A stretch of 64,000 nucleotides of DNA from Escherichia phage A4. This document shows, piece after piece, positions 61,839 to 64,000 of the stretch. The position numbers were made by a program, and so were the translations under genes. Every line of letters starts with the position of its first letter. Within the stretch, counting starts at the first letter, position 1. The stretch lies in the sequence record ON286972. The stretch is one strand, 5' to 3'. Below the pieces are notes generated by a model. It had not been told where the DNA came from. It saw only the letters and a list, made by a program, of their open reading frames with translations, and ran no database searches.

Positions 61839-63008
61839 TTAAACTGGTGAATCTAATACAAATTCTAAACTACTAATGCCACCATATGTGACATTTGTCC
61901 CTGTGCTATATACAAAATTACCATCAGTTATATAAGTTCGGTTATACCCACCTGCCATCTGCGACTTACTATAATCAAACCCATCAGGAACGATTGCTTT
62001 GGTATATACTAATGCATTATTAGATGTACCAATACCTAACATACCAGCTCCTGAAGATTTATTGTAGCCGCAACAATATATACCATCTGTTGTAGCAATA
62101 ACTTGGTTATAATATGAAGTAATGTTAGCAATGCTTACTACATCACCGGGTGGCATTAGTGAAGCAGTTTGAACCTCAAATGCTCTATAATCACTGAGAG
62201 AACCATTTATCCCATCTGCTTGTGCACCAAATATTCTCGAACCGCCATTTGCGATGATGGTTTTACCAGTGGGATCAGTACCAATTGCCATTGCCATTGA
62301 AGTACTATTCTCCATATAGTACTTGATATTAATTGTATTTCTTAAGCTGGTAGGAGCACCATAATATATAGTATATAACTTACCTCCTGAACTTGTAACT
62401 GCATTTACTCTTCCTGTATAAAATAGCCATCCTTGGTTTGTAACATAACCGTGCATTAAATTACTTGCAAACAATTTAACAGGTAATTGATCTGCTGCGG
62501 TCGGAACAGTACTTTTGACGAATTTTCTAGCAACATTGTTAGTTGTTGTCCCATCACCCAACTGACCATCACCCCCTGCTCCAGTACTCCATATTGTTTG
62601 GTCTGTTAGTAATACACTTGTAGTCTGATAACTAACTGCTATATCTAATATTGGTAATGTTAACGTATCGAATGTTGGCATAGCAGAAGTCCATATTGAT
62701 ACTGCTGCCCCTGGCATACCAACAGTTGTTGAACTTCCACTGTACCATATTTCATCATTGCTTTTCTTAATAACTATCGACGTGGCTCCCATCCAAAAAT
62801 CTTGAACATCAGAAGTGCTAAAAGTCCATGTAGTAACAATATTTTTGTGACCTAAACCCAAAAGACCATTTGTATTCTCACCACGCACATATAAATCACC
62901 ACTGTTTGTTAAAACAGCAACATTATAGTTGTTAGCTAGTATTTTTTTAATATTTGGTTTAGCAGGTGCAATATTCCCATACTCTAACATTCTTACAAAA
63001 GGTAACAT
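61839..63008 (-). CDS. RCC1-like beta-propeller repeat protein, paralog B
   Basis: Track ORF 61839..63170 trimmed to ATG 63008 (MLPFVRMLEYGN); GLLGLGHKNIVTTW, GQLGDGTTTNN repeats. Confidence 0.65.
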   Translation of the reverse strand: MLPFVRMLEYGNIAPAKPNIKKILANNYNVAVLTNSGDLYVRGENTNGLLGLGHKNIVTTWTFSTSDVQDFWMGATSIVIKKSNDEIWYSGSSTTVGMPGAAVSIWTSAMPTFDTLTLPILDIAVSYQTTSVLLTDQTIWSTGAGGDGQLGDGTTTNNVARKFVKSTVPTAADQLPVKLFASNLMHGYVTNQGWLFYTGRVNAVTSSGGKLYTIYYGAPTSLRNTINIKYYMENSTSMAMAIGTDPTGKTIIANGGSRIFGAQADGINGSLSDYRAFEVQTASLMPPGDVVSIANITSYYNQVIATTDGIYCCGYNKSSGAGMLGIGTSNNALVYTKAIVPDGFDYSKSQMAGGYNRTYITDGNFVYSTGTNVTYGGISSLEFVLDSPV

Positions 63009-63072
63009 AATTCCTCCTTTATTCATTATATTATATTTAATCCAAATAAGAAAGCCAGTATCAAGTACTGGC
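63009..63072 (-). promoter_or_regulatory. repeated intergenic cassette (terminator, TATAAT, RBS)
   Basis: Hairpin GCCAGTACTTGATACTGGC, T-tract, TATAATATAATGAATAAAGGAGG. Confidence 0.5.
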
Positions 63073-63078
63073 ATTGTG

Positions 63079-64000
63079 TTATTTCGGTAAATCAATTTTA
63101 GTAAAGACTGCAACATCCTCGCTTGCACCGGGAATGGCGTAATACGTTCCAGTACTATATACATCTCCATTTTTGGTTAATATTGAAGTCAAACCATCAC
63201 TAAAAAGAACATCCCTAATCTCACTAACTTCAACGGGTAATTGTAAATTTGTAGCACTATATATAGCACCAGTTTGAGAATTGTTTAATCCCAAACCACG
63301 GTTCGCCCCAACACCCTTCTGATATGTACTGGTAATTACCATTTGTGTAGCAGTATTTAATGCAGGTGAATTCGTCATAAACAACGGAGAACTATTAGGC
63401 AAAGTACTTACAGGAACTGCACGGAATGTAGTCGTACCTGAACTAAGAAAGTTTGGAGTTTGACCACATACGAAATATGATGTACCATTATAGTAATTAA
63501 ATGCATTACCACCAATCGCTGCATCGATTACACCAGAACTACGTAATCCCCAAGTGTTAATTTGTGTTTGGTCCCCTGTACCATGCTGCCCACTGCTATT
63601 CCATCCAGAACTATATAGCTTATTATCTAATGTAATATACATACTATCATTTGCATTAGTCATTACTTTACGCACGTTAGTAGCACATTGAGTTAATGTG
63701 TAAATCGATGATGAGCCAATACCTAAAGAACCACGATATCCATTATCTCCTGCACCATAGAGTACTGAACTAGTGCTAAGTACAAATATTAAACCATTTG
63801 TACATACAATATTAGCAATTTCACTCACTGGTATAGCATTGGTAAACCAATTAGTCCTTTCAACTAATATAGTACTGTAAGAAGTAGTTGTAGAAGATGA
63901 GAACCAGTACGTTTCACCCGATGTCCATATCGTATTATCATTTTTAATAATAACAAGTGTACGACCACCCACGAAAAAATTAGAAACATCTGAACTTACT
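63079..64000 (-). CDS. RCC1-like repeat protein, paralog A, 5'-truncated by window edge
   Basis: Frame stays open upstream of the track start (GTG 63972) to the window end; GYRGSLGIGSSS, GQHGTGDQTQINTW repeats. Confidence 0.55.
   Translation of the reverse strand, partial: VSSDVSNFFVGGRTLVIIKNDNTIWTSGETYWFSSSTTTSYSTILVERTNWFTNAIPVSEIANIVCTNGLIFVLSTSSVLYGAGDNGYRGSLGIGSSSIYTLTQCATNVRKVMTNANDSMYITLDNKLYSSGWNSSGQHGTGDQTQINTWGLRSSGVIDAAIGGNAFNYYNGTSYFVCGQTPNFLSSGTTTFRAVPVSTLPNSSPLFMTNSPALNTATQMVITSTYQKGVGANRGLGLNNSQTGAIYSATNLQLPVEVSEIRDVLFSDGLTSILTKNGDVYSTGTYYAIPGASEDVAVFTKIDLPK

Noticed and set aside
59255-63170. Track N-terminal extensions of the propeller paralogs (MPVLDTGFLIWIKYNIMNKGG...)
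   Set aside because: The extensions translate the terminator hairpin, TATAAT box and RBS; the true starts are the ATGs preceded by AGGAGG (MLPFVRM...).

Overview
AT-rich (roughly 35% GC by eye), extremely gene-dense segment that looks like part of a large virulent dsDNA phage genome. No integrase, transposase or CRISPR array was seen. About 150 mostly small genes (50-190 aa) tile the + strand, often with ATGA or short overlaps, AGGAG-type ribosome-binding sites and many near-consensus sigma70-type promoters (TTGACA-N16/17-TATAAT). A tRNA island at 16.0-19.1 kb holds six canonical tRNAs (Ser-TGA, Gly-TCC, Ser-GCT, Met-CAT, Asn-GTT, Thr-TGT) plus one aberrant tRNA-like element. Recognisable products are a C5 DNA methyltransferase interrupted by a LAGLIDADG intein, a PTH2-like peptidyl-tRNA hydrolase, a sigma70-family sigma factor, a TraR/DksA zinc-finger protein, a T4 endonuclease V (DenV) homolog, a P-loop ATPase, a minimal kinase-like protein, lipoproteins and many small membrane proteins. 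The last 9 kb is a convergent minus-strand array of at least seven RCC1-like repeat proteins (candidate receptor-binding or tail-fibre-like proteins), four of which share an identical N-terminus and a repeated upstream cassette. The most striking unexplained signals are a family of about 20 paralogous small proteins with a C-terminal TEEE-[YLF]-FQ-x-S-[LT] motif, nine copies of a UUCG-hairpin terminator/promoter cassette, and strong enrichment of the palindrome AGTACT. All calls rest on reading the sequence and motif recognition from memory; no database search or structure prediction was run.
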